Source: Nemertoderma westbladi (Eukaryota; Animalia; Xenacoelomorpha). Taken from it: a stretch of DNA of 64,000 nucleotides. The position numbers were made by a program, and so were the translations under genes. Under the pieces are notes generated by a model. The model ran no database searches. It was not told the origin of the DNA and worked only from the letters and a program-made list of their open reading frames with translations. The stretch spans positions 1 through 64,000 of the forward strand of contig JAUCBJ010008568.1 of NCBI GenBank assembly GCA_032718475.1. Direction: 5' to 3'. Positions 26,533-38,691 of the stretch are shown in pieces (position 1 is the first letter of the stretch; every line of letters starts with the position of its first letter).

Positions 26533-27224
26533 TACAATATTTATTCATACATATTGCTGTTTTAAAATTTCCTTCAAAACTCGTAAATCATAAATTTATA
26601 ATGAAAAAATATGAATTTCATTTATAAAAACCTTCATAACTCAAACACTTTAGCTCATAATTGATATTACTGCGTCGTAATATAAAAATATTTGCACTGC
26701 CAAGTGATGGGAATGGCAGTTACATTATTGTTTTTCTATTTCGTGGCTGTAACGATTCATACAATTAAAAATGAGAAATGCTACTCAATTCTAATAATCG
26801 AGATTTTTTAATACATTGTCGTTTGTTAAAAAAGGATACCCGGTACTTTAAGCAAATTACTTTACAGTGTGATGACTACTCGTGATTTGTTTGCCTCACT
26901 TCGTTCGTTCGTGTAACAACCCACTCGGTTCACCACACTGTAAAGTGCTCCTTTACATAAAATTGTGTAAATAGTTTCTGTATGTGTTCATTATATTATA
27001 GCATAAAACCGCTCGGAGCTGTAAAATTAATAACAAGGTGATAATTGATTATTGTTGTTTATATTTTAACAATTATTATTTGCTTAGTGTTGGCTGTTCT
27101 TTGCATTGTGTACCAATGCCCACCCACGCAGTTGTGCATTAAGTATGAGTACCTTTTGTATTTCAAAGCGCACAGTTTCTGCTGCCATAACTATAGTTTA
27201 ACAGATAAATAGAATAGCAACTAA

Positions 27225-27444
27225 AGGCCATGATACACTATAGGAGCGGCGAGCGGCAGCGGCCGCGGCGAGCGGCCGATGTGAGCGGCGGCTTTTAGTA
27301 TGATACACCACAGGAGCGGCGAGCGGCAGCAGCCATTTGTGGTGGGTGTATCATCACCCATAGAAAATAATGTGTTCTATTTTTAAAAAGTGGCCGGTTG
27401 CCGCGGCCGCTGCCGCTCGTCGCTCCTGTGGTGTATCATGGCCT
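27225..27444. mobile_element. PIF/Harbinger (Tourist-like) MITE
   Basis: TIRs of about 45 bp (AGGCCATGATACAC...GGAGCGGCGAGCGGCAGCGGCCGCGGC and its reverse complement) with a 3-bp TSD TAA (27222-27224 and 27445-27447). Confidence 0.85.
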
Positions 27445-28599
27445 TAAGATATAATTTAAATCATTCGCATTATTTAGCGTTGTGTTGTGTTTTTTGTAAT
27501 GCTTTTAATGCTATTATGTGATGCCTTTATTACAAACGTAGTTCATTATAGAAAATAATTATTATTCTGTTAACAATATTAACATTTAGCTTTAAACGAC
27601 TGCAGAGGTAACAGAGGTAACTAATATACTGGTGCACTCTGATACGTCTTTCCAATGTTTTCGTGCATAACCTAACCAACAACCAGGTGAACCACTCTGC
27701 ATTAGTTGATAAAGGTCGTTAAACTCGCTATTAGGTTAAATTTATCATTGTTTAACGTAAACTATTTCATTGTCAATCATGTATTTATATAGTTATTAAT
27801 ATTGTGTCACATGTGTATTATTATTATCTTTAATAAAATGCCAAAGACATGAATGAATTCCATTTTCTATTCGAAATACCAATATTATAAATTATTGGTT
27901 CAATGCTTTTTGACATACGGATCCCCTATTACAGTTTTTGGTTTGCGTATTTGTGTATCTTCTCTATGTCCAATCTCTATGTCTCTATGTCTCTAATCAA
28001 TTGACCTGTTTTTTTTGCTGATGCATTTCATAAGAAACCTGGCCAGCGCTGTAGTAAAACAATGCTGGTCCGTCCGGTGGTCAAAAGTACCAAATCGGTT
28101 ATTTGGGAAGATAGGAACTGCTTAAGGAAAAATCAATTATTCTGATTTACAACTGGTCTGATATGACGAACTGGTCAGTGAACAAGTGGATCACATTGAT
28201 AGGTATATACAAATACTGCTGTATATATACACATGTAGGTATACCTGTATAGTATATCTACCGCGTGTTCCATAATGACCCCCCCCCCCCCTGGCCAGCC
28301 AAAACTGCCAGACATGTACTTTAGTGTAATATATCATTCGAAAGATAATTTCATTCTGAGCTTGCATGCAAAAGTTTAGGGTCCAATACAAAAGTATAAA
28401 AATTTTATAGGCAATTCTTTAAACTTATCTTACTTTCCAATATTTGTGATTTAATCACAATTTAAAAAAATATATAATTTATCCAGCGTTAGTCATCAGA
28501 TTAGCAGCCCTGTTTAAACAGTTATTACTGCCTGACTTTTGCTGTATTGCAATATATTGCAGTATTCTGTTACCAGTATTAGTGTTTCTTTGGTAATAT

Positions 28600-29935
28600 G
28601 CTGCATTGCAGCTGCATTTTTAAGAATGCTGTGCCGGCTTGTCAACAAAATTGCACCGCCACAACTCCCTATCACCAATGACATTTGCTAGATCATCCAC
28701 ATCTTCAAGGCCAGTGTCCTTTAAGATGCGTCTCAAGAAAGTCATGGGCTGTCCACCATGCTTATTCACTCCATGAGGCTGCAAAAGTACAAGATTATAT
28801 GCACTGGCTGGTCCTCACGGCGAAAGCAATGTCCTGCAAAGCGGAGGCGATTTTGTTCTAGTGTCAAGCTTGGGGGAACCAATGAGACCCCTCCAATGTT
28901 ATGTAGTGTCTGGTTGGAGATGTGTGCATTGTACTTGACACAATGAACCCGGCGTAGCATTCTTGTGAATGTGCCATCCAGAGATTTGGTGTCCTCAGCA
29001 GTTAGAGCCCAGCATGGACTCCTGTAGAGGAGTACTGGAACTACTGCTGCTCTAAATAATCGGATCTTAAGTTTCCGATTAATTCTCGGTGACTTCCAAA
29101 TCCTGGAAAGCCTATTCAAGGCTGCCCATGCCTTTCCCTTACGTATTCGAAGGTCCTCACCTGACTTCCGGATCCATGATCCCAGGTAACGGAAGTCGTC
29201 CACATGCTCAAGCATACCATCCTTTGAGCTTATGCTCATCCGATCAGAGACTTGCTGAGGACTTTCAAAGTTAACTGTCAAAATTTTGGTCTTTCTGGAG
29301 TTAATAAAAAGACCAACACTAGAAGCAGCATGTTCTAATGAGCTGAGGACCCGTTGGGCTCCCTCTAATGATTCTGAGAGTACTCCTAAGTCATCAGCAA
29401 AGTCTAGATCAGTTAGGTACTTGGCAGGATTTCCTCGACTTCTGGAGCCAGTAGGTGGAGTTATCATCACCCCATCATCATTATGATGATCTAAGGACAT
29501 GCGTAGAACATAGTCAACCACAATAATGAACAAGAATGGTGCAAGTGTGTCTCCTTGGAGGACGCCCCATAACACTTCAAATGGTTCTGTGTCACCGTCA
29601 ACAGTAGACACAAATGTTGTCGAACCATCGTATACTGATCTTATTGCTGCAATAATTTCATCAGGAATCCCATATAATGAAAGTATGCTGAACATACGTG
29701 AGCGAGAGACTGAATCAAAGGCCTTGAATAAGTCAACAAAGATAACAGCCAGATGCCTGTCTTTCTTTTTTGATAACTCTTCAATTATCCTTCTAAGTGC
29801 CAAAATGGGCTCCATGGTCCCACGACCTTTACGGAACCCATTCTGATTTCCACGGAGCAGTCTCTCAATGGGATCCCTGATGCGATTTAATAGAATCCTA
29901 TTGTATAGCTTTGCAGCAATTGAGATCATTGAGAT
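28600..29935 (-). mobile_element. RTE-clade LINE, 5'-truncated (RT domain and C-terminus)
   Basis: ORF 29929->28766 contains AAKLYNRILLNRI, NQNGFRKGR, DLFKAFDSV, GVLQGDTLAPFLF, DFADDL, FRYLGS and NRLRFAGHC. The 3' boundary is approximate. Confidence 0.88.
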
Positions 29936-30740
29936 AAATCTCTCTCTCTAAATCTTTCCAAAACTGAATATACAATACTATCTTTACTAACTACCGGCAT
30001 AATTTAGATAATTTTCCTCCAATAAAAATAAATTCCAATAATGTAAAAAAATCCCAATGTACATAATTCTTAGGCATATCTATGTAGACAATAAACTCTC
30101 ATGGAAACCTCACATAAAATATATTACTAAGAAAATTTCTAGAACTTCAGGCATTTTTATAGGTTGCGCCATATTTATCCTCTGAATAGTCTACATCAGC
30201 TGTACTTTACTTTGATACACCCCTAGCTATCCTATGGACTAATTCTGTGTGGGAGTACTTACTCTACTATAATAAAACCGCTTCGTACTAAAGTAAATAA
30301 ATTAATCAGATGCATAACATTTTCTCAATATCAAGCCTCTTCAAATCCCATTTACAAAACACCTCACATTATACTTCTTAATCTACTATATAAACATCAA
30401 CTAGCGCTCTTCATGTATGACATAAATAACTCTCTATCCGGAACTATTGATATAGGAAATTTTTTTAGAAAAACTGAATCAATACACAGGTACCCTACAC
30501 GCTCTTCCTCTCGCTGTGATTATTACACACAAACTGCCCAACTCACGTCTACCCAACAATCCGTAAGCTCCCAAGGCCCCCTGATCTGGAATGTCATCCC
30601 ACCCTATATCCGGGAAAATAAATCCAAAGTTTCATTTTCCCGAACTTACAAAAAAATACTGTTCTCTCAAATATAATACTGTAGGTCTCCACTAATTCCA
30701 TATACTCAAAAAATCCTTTACTATATCCTTCCCTCACTCT
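29936..30740 (+). mobile_element. Degraded 3' fragment of a CR1/L2-group LINE
   Basis: Post-RT motifs: LSLNLSKTEY, FLGI..DNKLSWKPHI, YFTLIHP.LSYG, IHRYPTRSS, QGPLIWNVIP..IRE. Confidence 0.75.
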
Positions 30741-31792
30741 ATATTATTGTATTCAAATTTAAAAAATAAATCCAAAATATTTTACTTCATGTCTGTTTCG
30801 CAAAATTCTAACAGACTAGACGAAATCCACAGGAAAAATTTTAAATTCTAAAATGCTGTTATCTAAGTAAACATTAGTAAATTTTACAACTCTGAAGTAT
30901 TGTCTTTTTATTTTTCAACAATTATAGAAACCAAACGAGAAAAGATGTGTTCTATCACATATCTGACAAGTTTCATCTTGAACGGATCTTAAATAACAGA
31001 ATGGAGCAAGGATTTCACTTTCAGACATTTCGCTCTCTAGCGGCAGACTAGATAACTGTGAATGAAACAGTTGATGGCCTCGCACACATCTGCCAAGTTT
31101 CAGCTTGAACGAATTAAAAGCAAAGAAATTGGAGGAAATTTAATGTTTAGACATGTAGCCCTCTAGTGGGAGATTGTTGAACTGATGATGTCTGAAGTCT
31201 TTAAAAATTCTCAGCTTTTGGTCTTATTGATTTCTACATATTTTCAACTCAACAGCTTTTAATCCGACAAAGTTATTAGCATGTCAAAATCGTAAAGACG
31301 ACCGCGACAATTTGTCATTATTGACCCACCGCCCCTAAAAGAGTGTACCGCGCGCACACACATAAAATACATAAATGGGAAGTTACGTTCTCATCACCCC
31401 TTAGTAACGAAGCTAAAAATAGCTCAATACTGTAGGTGACAGATAGTAGACGTTGGCTTACCACCTACTGTACTGACCTACTGCTGTACTGCAGTACGGT
31501 ACTGAATACAGTCAGGCAACTAACAGCGCAGGCCCAGACCGTCCTGGAATTGTTAATACTGGCCAGCCTTGCTGTCGGTGTCGGTGCGCAACGACAACTC
31601 GAACTCCCATATCTGTTCAATCTGTACCGGCACGGTACGGAACGTAGCTTACCTCTGTACCTTGCACAGCGACAGCTCATTGCTACCGTACCGGTAGGCC
31701 TACTGTTTGACCTTGACGGAGGACGGTAGAGGCTGAGAAGTGAGAGGCCAACCTCTTCAACCAGTCAACCTGCCAACTACAAAAATCAGAAA

Positions 31793-31868
31793 ATGTACAA
31801 GAAAATCAAACATAATTCGTCTGATATCAGAGAATGTTCTCATGCGGGGACGTGGTATAATAGTGATG
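31793..31868 (+). CDS. MEMO1: MEMO1 coding exon 1
   Basis: Translates as MYKKIKHNSSDIRECSHAGTWYNSD, matching the MEMO1 REASHAGSWY motif. The donor G|GTAAGT is phase 1 and compatible with the next exon. It is too short to appear in the ORF track. Confidence 0.85.
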
Positions 31869-32939
31869 GTAAGTCGATTCCTGTATTCCAGTATCAGAGT
31901 AGGCCTATTCTGGGATTACAGGATTAGGCGTATGGCGTACTTAGTCTGCCAGTTACCAGTCGGTACAGTTCAGCCGGTACCTGTTAGCCAGGGTTGGCAA
32001 CCAATGGTTTTTCTCACCATTGGTTTTTTATGGTTTTTTGGTTTAACCAACTTTTAAAAAAAGGCGAAAAAATTGGTTTTTTATGGTTTTTCATAAAATT
32101 TTACAATTACCGGTAACGCTGTAAATAATATAAAGCAGACTGCACCCGACAGCCCGACTGGTAGTCGCGTTTCTTTTTCATTTTGCACTGTTCACTGTTA
32201 GAATGAAAAAATTTCGAACACTTTGACTGTTTGAGTTTTGCTCGCGTTTCTTTTTCATTTTGCACTGTTAGGGCCTACATGTAGAAGGAAAAAATTTCTC
32301 TCACTTTGAGTTTTGCTCGCGTTTCTTTTTCATCTGTTCATTTTGCAATGTTAATGAAAAGGTTTTGCTCGCTTCGCTGGCGTATGTTTCTCGTTCTGTC
32401 GTTTACATTGTTAAAATGTGGTGTGCGCGTTTTTTTTTGGTGCATGCGCGGTATATTGTCCAATATTGCGCGGCTGAAAAATTGTGCGCAGGCGTTGTGC
32501 GCGGCTCAGTGGTCTGGTGGTGGTTTGCAGCCTGGCGTGCAGTGGAGCAGTCACTGCTCCATTGCACCTCAGCTCCTCAGCAGTGCAGACGTCTGGACGT
32601 TGGTATGTATTTTTACGTTGTATGTTGTTAGTAGTTTGTCACATGCTCATGCTGACATGGGCTGATGGTGGATGGGTTGGATGAGAGTAATTACAGAACA
32701 GAACAGCAGAAGAAACGCTTCAAACCAGCATACTGTATGTGGCCTTATTCAGTTATTCCAGTATTTTGTTCTATTGGGCAAGCGCAAGGGTTGTACTGTC
32801 AGACTGTTGTAGGTAGGTCCTACATTTGTATGTATTGCTATATTGGATTTAATTGGCCTTGGAAGACAGGTGAACAATAATAATATCAGAAACGGTAGGC
32901 CTGCCGGTAGGCCTACTGGTTCTGGAGGTACTGCACATA

Positions 32940-33409
32940 GTAGTCATCGCAGTATTCCCCGCTTGTTGAAAGTGTCTTTTAGTTCAGAGCACGAGGCCAA
33001 ATTATTTCGCGAGTATTTTGATTCAGCTAGAAAGGATCAAGGTGACTTTGAATTCTCCGACTTGAAAGTTCGACCGAGCCTCAGTTTATCTACACGTAAG
33101 CTGGTTCAGGAACGTCGTAAGACTATATTCCAATGGAATAATAGTCATAATGTTGGCAACGTATCAGATCGGACTACGAGTTTCAGTGTTCGTGATAATG
33201 GCGACGTTTGGAAGTTCATCAAGGAGGTTGAGGGGGGTACCTGGAAGCGCGATCGATCGTGGCACTTCAACCCCGCTAGTCCGAATCCGACCTCCCTGGA
33301 TCAACCTTCTCCAACTCTTCCTGCTTCCATGCAACCGATTATCGCTACGCCAACACCTTCTCTGCGGGCTCCGGTCATTCCGGACACTCATAGTCAGGGA
33401 AACTGCTAA
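32940..33409 (+). CDS. CR1 ORF1 C-terminal part (5'-truncated)
   Basis: PRLLKVSF...LKVRPSLS...R is a typical ORF1 C-terminal signature. It is followed by a Pro/Ser/Thr-rich tail ending QGNC*. The 5' boundary is approximate. Confidence 0.6.
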
Positions 33410-36246
33410 AGGGAGAAGATCTAACTAACAAACCATCAAAAGCAGGACTTTCTAACCCGTGGTTAAAATGTGCGTGTATAAATGCGCGTTCCCTTAAAAA
33501 CAAACTTCCTGAGTTCGAAAATTTGTGTGATGCTTTGTACGACATAGTTGGTGTCACCGAAACTTGGTTAGATGCTACTGTTACAGACGCCATGCTTTCG
33601 CGTGCGGATAAATACAAAGTTTATCGTAATGATCGCCCATCTCGTGGAGGAGGTGTAGCCCTTTTAATCCATAACTCGATTAAATGCTCCCGTGTTCTGA
33701 TACCCCAAATATTTAACGATGTCGAGATTATCGCTGTTGACCTTCTCGGAAATGTTCCCAGTCGTATTGTATGTGTATACAGAAGTACTAGTCTTTCACC
33801 TGACCAGTCGGACATTTTGTATGGTTGCCTATCTAGTCTGTGTGACATTGACCGGCCCTGCGTAATAATGGGCGATTTTAATCTACCAGATTTTGATTGG
33901 GTTGAACTATCTCATCCGGACTCACAAATATATAATTCATGTTCTAATTTTGTTTTAGAATCTGGTCTTTCTCAACTTCAATTAGAGCCAACGCGCTTAG
34001 ATAATGTCCTAGACCTAGTTTTCTGTTCGGAAGACTTACATGTATCTTGTGTTTCAGTAATTGAAAATTTTTCTACTAGTGATCATGCTACAGTTTGTTT
34101 TAATATTATTTCCCCACATGAGTTAATTCAGCGAGATTGCATTGGTTTTCATGACTTTTCTAACTGTGACTATAACAAATTTTCGTCATATTTACAAAAT
34201 ATCAATTGGACTATCGAATTTCAATTATGTAACACTATAGATGATTTCTGGTGCAAATTTACAAGTATACTCAAAGTAGGTATTGATAATTGTGTGCCTT
34301 TCAAATCTATTAATCCTAATAAGAAAGCATACCCGGTTTATGTAAAGCAACTTCAGAATAATAAAAAGAAACTGTGGCGCCGCAGGCACACAGTATCTGG
34401 CAGAGCAGCTTACACTAAGGCTGCTAAAGCTGCTTCTCAGGGTGCATTCCGGGCTGCCTGCGCCAAAGAATGTAAAATTCTCAGCTCAGGAAGTCCGGAA
34501 GCAGTCTTTAAGTACACTAACTCACGAAAACGCAATAAAGCGGGTATTGCACCATTACAGTACAATGGTAATACTGTAGTTGATGATGTTACTAAAGCTA
34601 ATATATTTTCAATGGTACTCTCGCAAAACTTCAGTGAGGACAATGGGTCTATCCCACCATTTCCTAGAAAAGTACATTCTAGCGCCCAGTTATCTGATAT
34701 AAATTTTGAACCTGCAACTATTTTAACAATGCTGAGAAAACTGAAAGGCAAGACAAGCCGTACTCCGGATGATCTGCCAAGTATTTTATTTTCTAAACTT
34801 GCATTATTTTTAGCTGTGCCTTTATCAGTTATTTTTAATATATCATTTGCTTCCAATGCTCTGCCATCTGTTTGGCGTACTGCTTTAGTTATTCCATTGT
34901 ACAAGAAAGGCGATCCTTCGGACCCTTATAATTATAGACCTGTATCACTAACTTGTATAGCCTGTAAACTTATGGAAATGTGCATTAAAGTAGAGTTAAC
35001 TAAGTATCTTTTAGAACATAAATTGATATCAAAATCTCAGCATGGGTTCCTACAGCGTAGATCTACTTGTACGCAATTATTAGAGTGTATCACCGACTGG
35101 ACACAACTGCTTGATAATCGTAAGAATATTGATATTGTATACATTGATTTTGCTAAAGCTTTTGATTCGGTGGTGCACTCTAAGCTTTTGGCAAAACTGT
35201 CTTCATATGGTATCTGCGGCAATTTACTAGGTTGGATTGGTGCATTTTTGGCTAACAGAACTCAACGAATAGTGGTTGGTAATTGTTTTTCTGAAATTTG
35301 CAAGGTTACTTCAGGCACTCCCCAAGGTAGTGTTCTGGGACCTGTCCTGTTTCTGATTTTTATAAATGACCTTCCGGTGCTATTAGACTCTGTTACAGTT
35401 AAACTATTCGCTGATGACGTTAAACTATATTCTCCTGTTGTCGCTAATTGCAGTAATGCTAATCTTATTTCACAATCGCTTAACACGTTAGGTAACTGGG
35501 CTATCAGTTGGCAGTTAGGAGTGGCTGCCCATAAGTGCTCAGTTATACACATTGGTATTACAAATCCTTTGTTAACTTATTCACTCAATGACAAGCCGAT
35601 TAAATCAGTTTCTCATTGTAAAGATTTAGGTATTACTGTGTGCGACAACCTTAAGTTCGATAAATATTGTCGTGAACAAGTAGCTAAGGCTTATAAAATC
35701 TCTAACATGATTTTTCGTTGTTTCTATACGAACAACGAAAAGGCATTGCTTTTAGCCTACAAGGCATATGTTAGGCCTTTACTAGAGTATTGTACTCAAG
35801 TATGGTCGCCGTTCACGATGGGTAGTATCGATCTCATTGAAGGTGTGCAACGTTATTATACAAGACGTCTTTATCTTCGGTGCAATCTAGGTAGGACTAG
35901 TTATTTCGAACGATTGAAGCATTTTAAGCTACAACCATTAGAAATTCGCCGTATTATTTATGATCAAAAAATGGTTTTTTCTATTTTACACGGTCTGATA
36001 GATTTAGCCTTTGATGATTTTTTCTCTTATCCAGTGCGTAGTGGATTGAGAGGACACAACCACAAGCTATTGGTTAACTACAGTAGACTGCAAATTTCGA
36101 AATTTTCGTTTGCCAATCGCGCGATTCCAATATGGAATTCATTAGACGCAACAGTAGTAGATTCAGAGAGCTTACTCTCTTTTTCACGTAAATTACTCGA
36201 TGTTGATTTGCTGCATTTTTGCAAATTTGATAGAAACTTGGCGTGA
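33394..36246 (+). CDS. CR1-clade LINE ORF2 (APE endonuclease + RT), uninterrupted
   Basis: The frame is open from 33394 with no ATG before the APE motifs. Motifs: INARSLKNK, VTETWL, GGGV, MGDFN, LDLV, SDH, NYRPVSLT, QHGF, DFAKAFDSV, GTPQGSVLGPVLF, FADD, YVRPLLEY, LRGH, FANRAIPIWNSL. Confidence 0.93.
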   Translation, partial: SGKLLKGEDLTNKPSKAGLSNPWLKCACINARSLKNKLPEFENLCDALYDIVGVTETWLDATVTDAMLSRADKYKVYRNDRPSRGGGVALLIHNSIKCSRVLIPQIFNDVEIIAVDLLGNVPSRIVCVYRSTSLSPDQSDILYGCLSSLCDIDRPCVIMGDFNLPDFDWVELSHPDSQIYNSCSNFVLESGLSQLQLEPTRLDNVLDLVFCSEDLHVSCVSVIENFSTSDHATVCFNIISPHELIQRDCIGFHDFSNCDYNKFSSYLQNINWTIEFQLCNTIDDFWCKFTSILKVGIDNCVPFKSINPNKKAYPVYVKQLQNNKKKLWRRRHTVSGRAAYTKAAKAASQGAFRAACAKECKILSSGSPEAVFKYTNSRKRNKAGIAPLQYNGNTVVDDVTKANIFSMVLSQNFSEDNGSIPPFPRKVHSSAQLSDINFEPATILTMLRKLKGKTSRTPDDLPSILFSKLALFLAVPLSVIFNISFASNALPSVWRTALVIPLYKKGDPSDPYNYRPVSLTCIACKLMEMCIKVELTKYLLEHKLISKSQHGFLQRRSTCTQLLECITDWTQLLDNRKNIDIVYIDFAKAFDSVVHSKLLAKLSSYGICGNLLGWIGAFLANRTQRIVVGNCFSEICKVTSGTPQGSVLGPVLFLIFINDLPVLLDSVTVKLFADDVKLYSPVVANCSNANLISQSLNTLGNWAISWQLGVAAHKCSVIHIGITNPLLTYSLNDKPIKSVSHCKDLGITVCDNLKFDKYCREQVAKAYKISNMIFRCFYTNNEKALLLAYKAYVRPLLEYCTQVWSPFTMGSIDLIEGVQRYYTRRLYLRCNLGRTSYFERLKHFKLQPLEIRRIIYDQKMVFSILHGLIDLAFDDFFSYPVRSGLRGHNHKLLVNYSRLQISKFSFANRAIPIWNSLDATVVDSESLLSFSRKLLDVDLLHFCKFDRNLA

Positions 36247-38415
36247 TCCTTTTTAACTATTTTTTAATTAATTATTTTGTACTTATTTTTAATTCAGATT
36301 CGTCATTGTAATTAATTGGTTTTTAGTACCGGTACGGTTTCTGCTTCACTACTGTTTCATTAGTTTTTATTCGCTTTAATATTTAGTTAATAGATATAAT
36401 CAATGTTCCTTGCTTTATTTATAGTGTATTTGCTTTCTTTAATTATTGTTCATACCTTATTTTATATTAATAAGTTTCTGGATTTTTAGTGTATGGCCCC
36501 CATAAGTGCAGTTAAAGCCTGGGCGGTCTTCTCCCCTTTTATAATTACTTATAATTTAGTGCATGCATAATTTATTATGTTTATCGCATCAATGTTTATT
36601 TTACCATGGTCTGAGTGTTGATAATAATAATAATATAATTAAACCACAGAAAAACCATAAAAAACCGCAAAAAACCATAAAAAACCAAACAATAAAACCA
36701 AAACCAAAAATTTTTTTTCAAAAAACCATGGTTTTTGCCATCCCTGCTGTTAGCCTTATTCTTATTCTTAATCATCAACATTTACCGCACAAAGACATGC
36801 AATAAATTGAATAATACATAATATTATATACGGTAATAATTGTGGAATACTGGGAGTAAATAAAATAATAATAACTATTACAGTATTATGGTGTTCACGT
36901 CATCATGCATGCAATGTGCAGTAAGTGCAGATGGTGGACAGACGGGTAGTCCCATTACACAGTTACACTATGACTATCCACAATTAGTAAGTATAAAAAA
37001 AAATATGTAAAGAGCTATGTAAAAATTTCAAGTACTGAGCCTACTAATGACTAAGTACCGGTACTGACAGAACTGCAAAATATAAGTTGAAGTTAAGGTT
37101 GGAAGTTTACTAAATCAAATAATGCTATGATACTAGTCTAAAATAAGCTGACAATTATCCTACTGCAGTACTGTGCATGCATGCTAAATAGATACTGCAA
37201 AATAGGCCTATTTATTATTATAATGTATATGTATAAAAGGAGATATCTGGATGTAGAGCGTACGCGAAATAAATTAAAGTAAATCTAAAGATTTGGATAC
37301 AAGGCCTTGGAGCAACAGCAACCTACGTAGATCCGTGACCATTCAAAAGATGCTGCCATAGTGTTTTTTTAAAAATATTTATTCTGGCGCTCTGCCTTAC
37401 AGATGTCGGCACTCGGCAGGCTATTCCAAATCAAAGGGAAACAATATAAATAGATTGCCGACGTATTTTGAGGCAAAACCGTTGATGAAACGAATTTTGG
37501 TTTGATGATTGGCGCGTGTTATGTGAGTGAACAGCCTGGTGCTGGCATAAGGCTAGGCCTAGTGCTGTAGGCGTAGTGGTCTGGCCAGGTACGTATTCAA
37601 GGGTATGTTTCCTAGGTACTACTGTAATACCAGAATACAGTTGCTATTTATTTTATATCCTATCTATTTTCTATCCTATCTATTTATTTTCTGCGCCGAA
37701 CGCGGCCCCAAGTGCAAAAATTCCAGCGCCGGCTTGGTGCAAAACTACGCCACCAATTAAAAAAAATGCGCTGCAGCGCTGAGCGCAGCATCTCTATCAT
37801 TGACGATGCTACGCTGGCCGCCTCGGCGCAGTATATTCATTGACATTTCTGCGCCAGCCCTATCAGAACCTCACCCGGCGTAGCACATTTCTGCGCCAGC
37901 TCCCGGCACGCAGCGTAACTTGAAATGCTGCGCCAAACAGCCGAACACATGGAAAACTTTTCAATAGGAAATACAGTAGGCCTACTACAGTACTAGATGA
38001 TATGCAGGCTAGCGGCTAGGCCTATGCCTATAATCTGATAATTGCCTATGGTAGGCTATTTCAGTATTTCTGTAATAGAAAAAAACGCGAACGAAGCGAG
38101 TGAAATCTTTTAAACTGATGGAAAACTACGATGCTATGTGGAATAGACCTTACAAATTTTGAAATTTTTGAAAAAATTCGAAACATTATTCGTGTGTCTT
38201 GGATTTTTCGCATCGTATCGTAATTTCTCAAAATTGCATTCGTACGTTATTGTACCGTATCATGATTCATGAAAAATTGGTTCGTCTCGAATCGTCTTTT
38301 CGTATCGTATTTTTTCCCTGCGCTACCTGTACTGCGCCCCTTTGGCCTCTCTAAATCTGGAATCACATAAATAACTTTTTCTAACTTCACTTTATTTCCT
38401 TTTCATTCCCATTAG

Positions 38416-38691
38416 CTTCATCGCTCTCACGGCAGTTGGACGGCTGGTTGAATAAAGCTTCAGACAGCGACGCGGAATGTTTGCGTCCAGCGCGTGCGAT
38501 TATCGCGCCCCATGCCGGCTACACCTACTGCGGCGACTGTGCTTCCTACGCTTACAGACAGGTGGAGCCCTCCATAGTCCGTAGAGTCTTCATACTTGGA
38601 CCTTCACACCATCGATATCTCTCGAAATGTGCCCTCACTAGCTGTCTCGTTTACAGAACTCCTTTTGGTAATCTACGAATCGACGCCGAGG
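38416..38691 (+). CDS. MEMO1: MEMO1 coding exon 2
   Basis: Acceptor CCCATTAG|CT. Translation includes [31 protein letters not shown] and [11 protein letters not shown]. The donor G|GTTGGT is phase 1. Confidence 0.92.

Larger units (their letters stand above)
31989..36746. mobile_element. Non-autonomous hAT-type element in MEMO1 intron 1, containing a CR1 LINE
   Basis: TIRs CAGGGTTGGCAA / TTGCCATCCCTG, a perfect 8-bp TSD CTGTTAGC (31981-31988 and 36747-36754), and inverted TGGTTTTT / AAAAACCA subterminal arrays. Confidence 0.88.
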
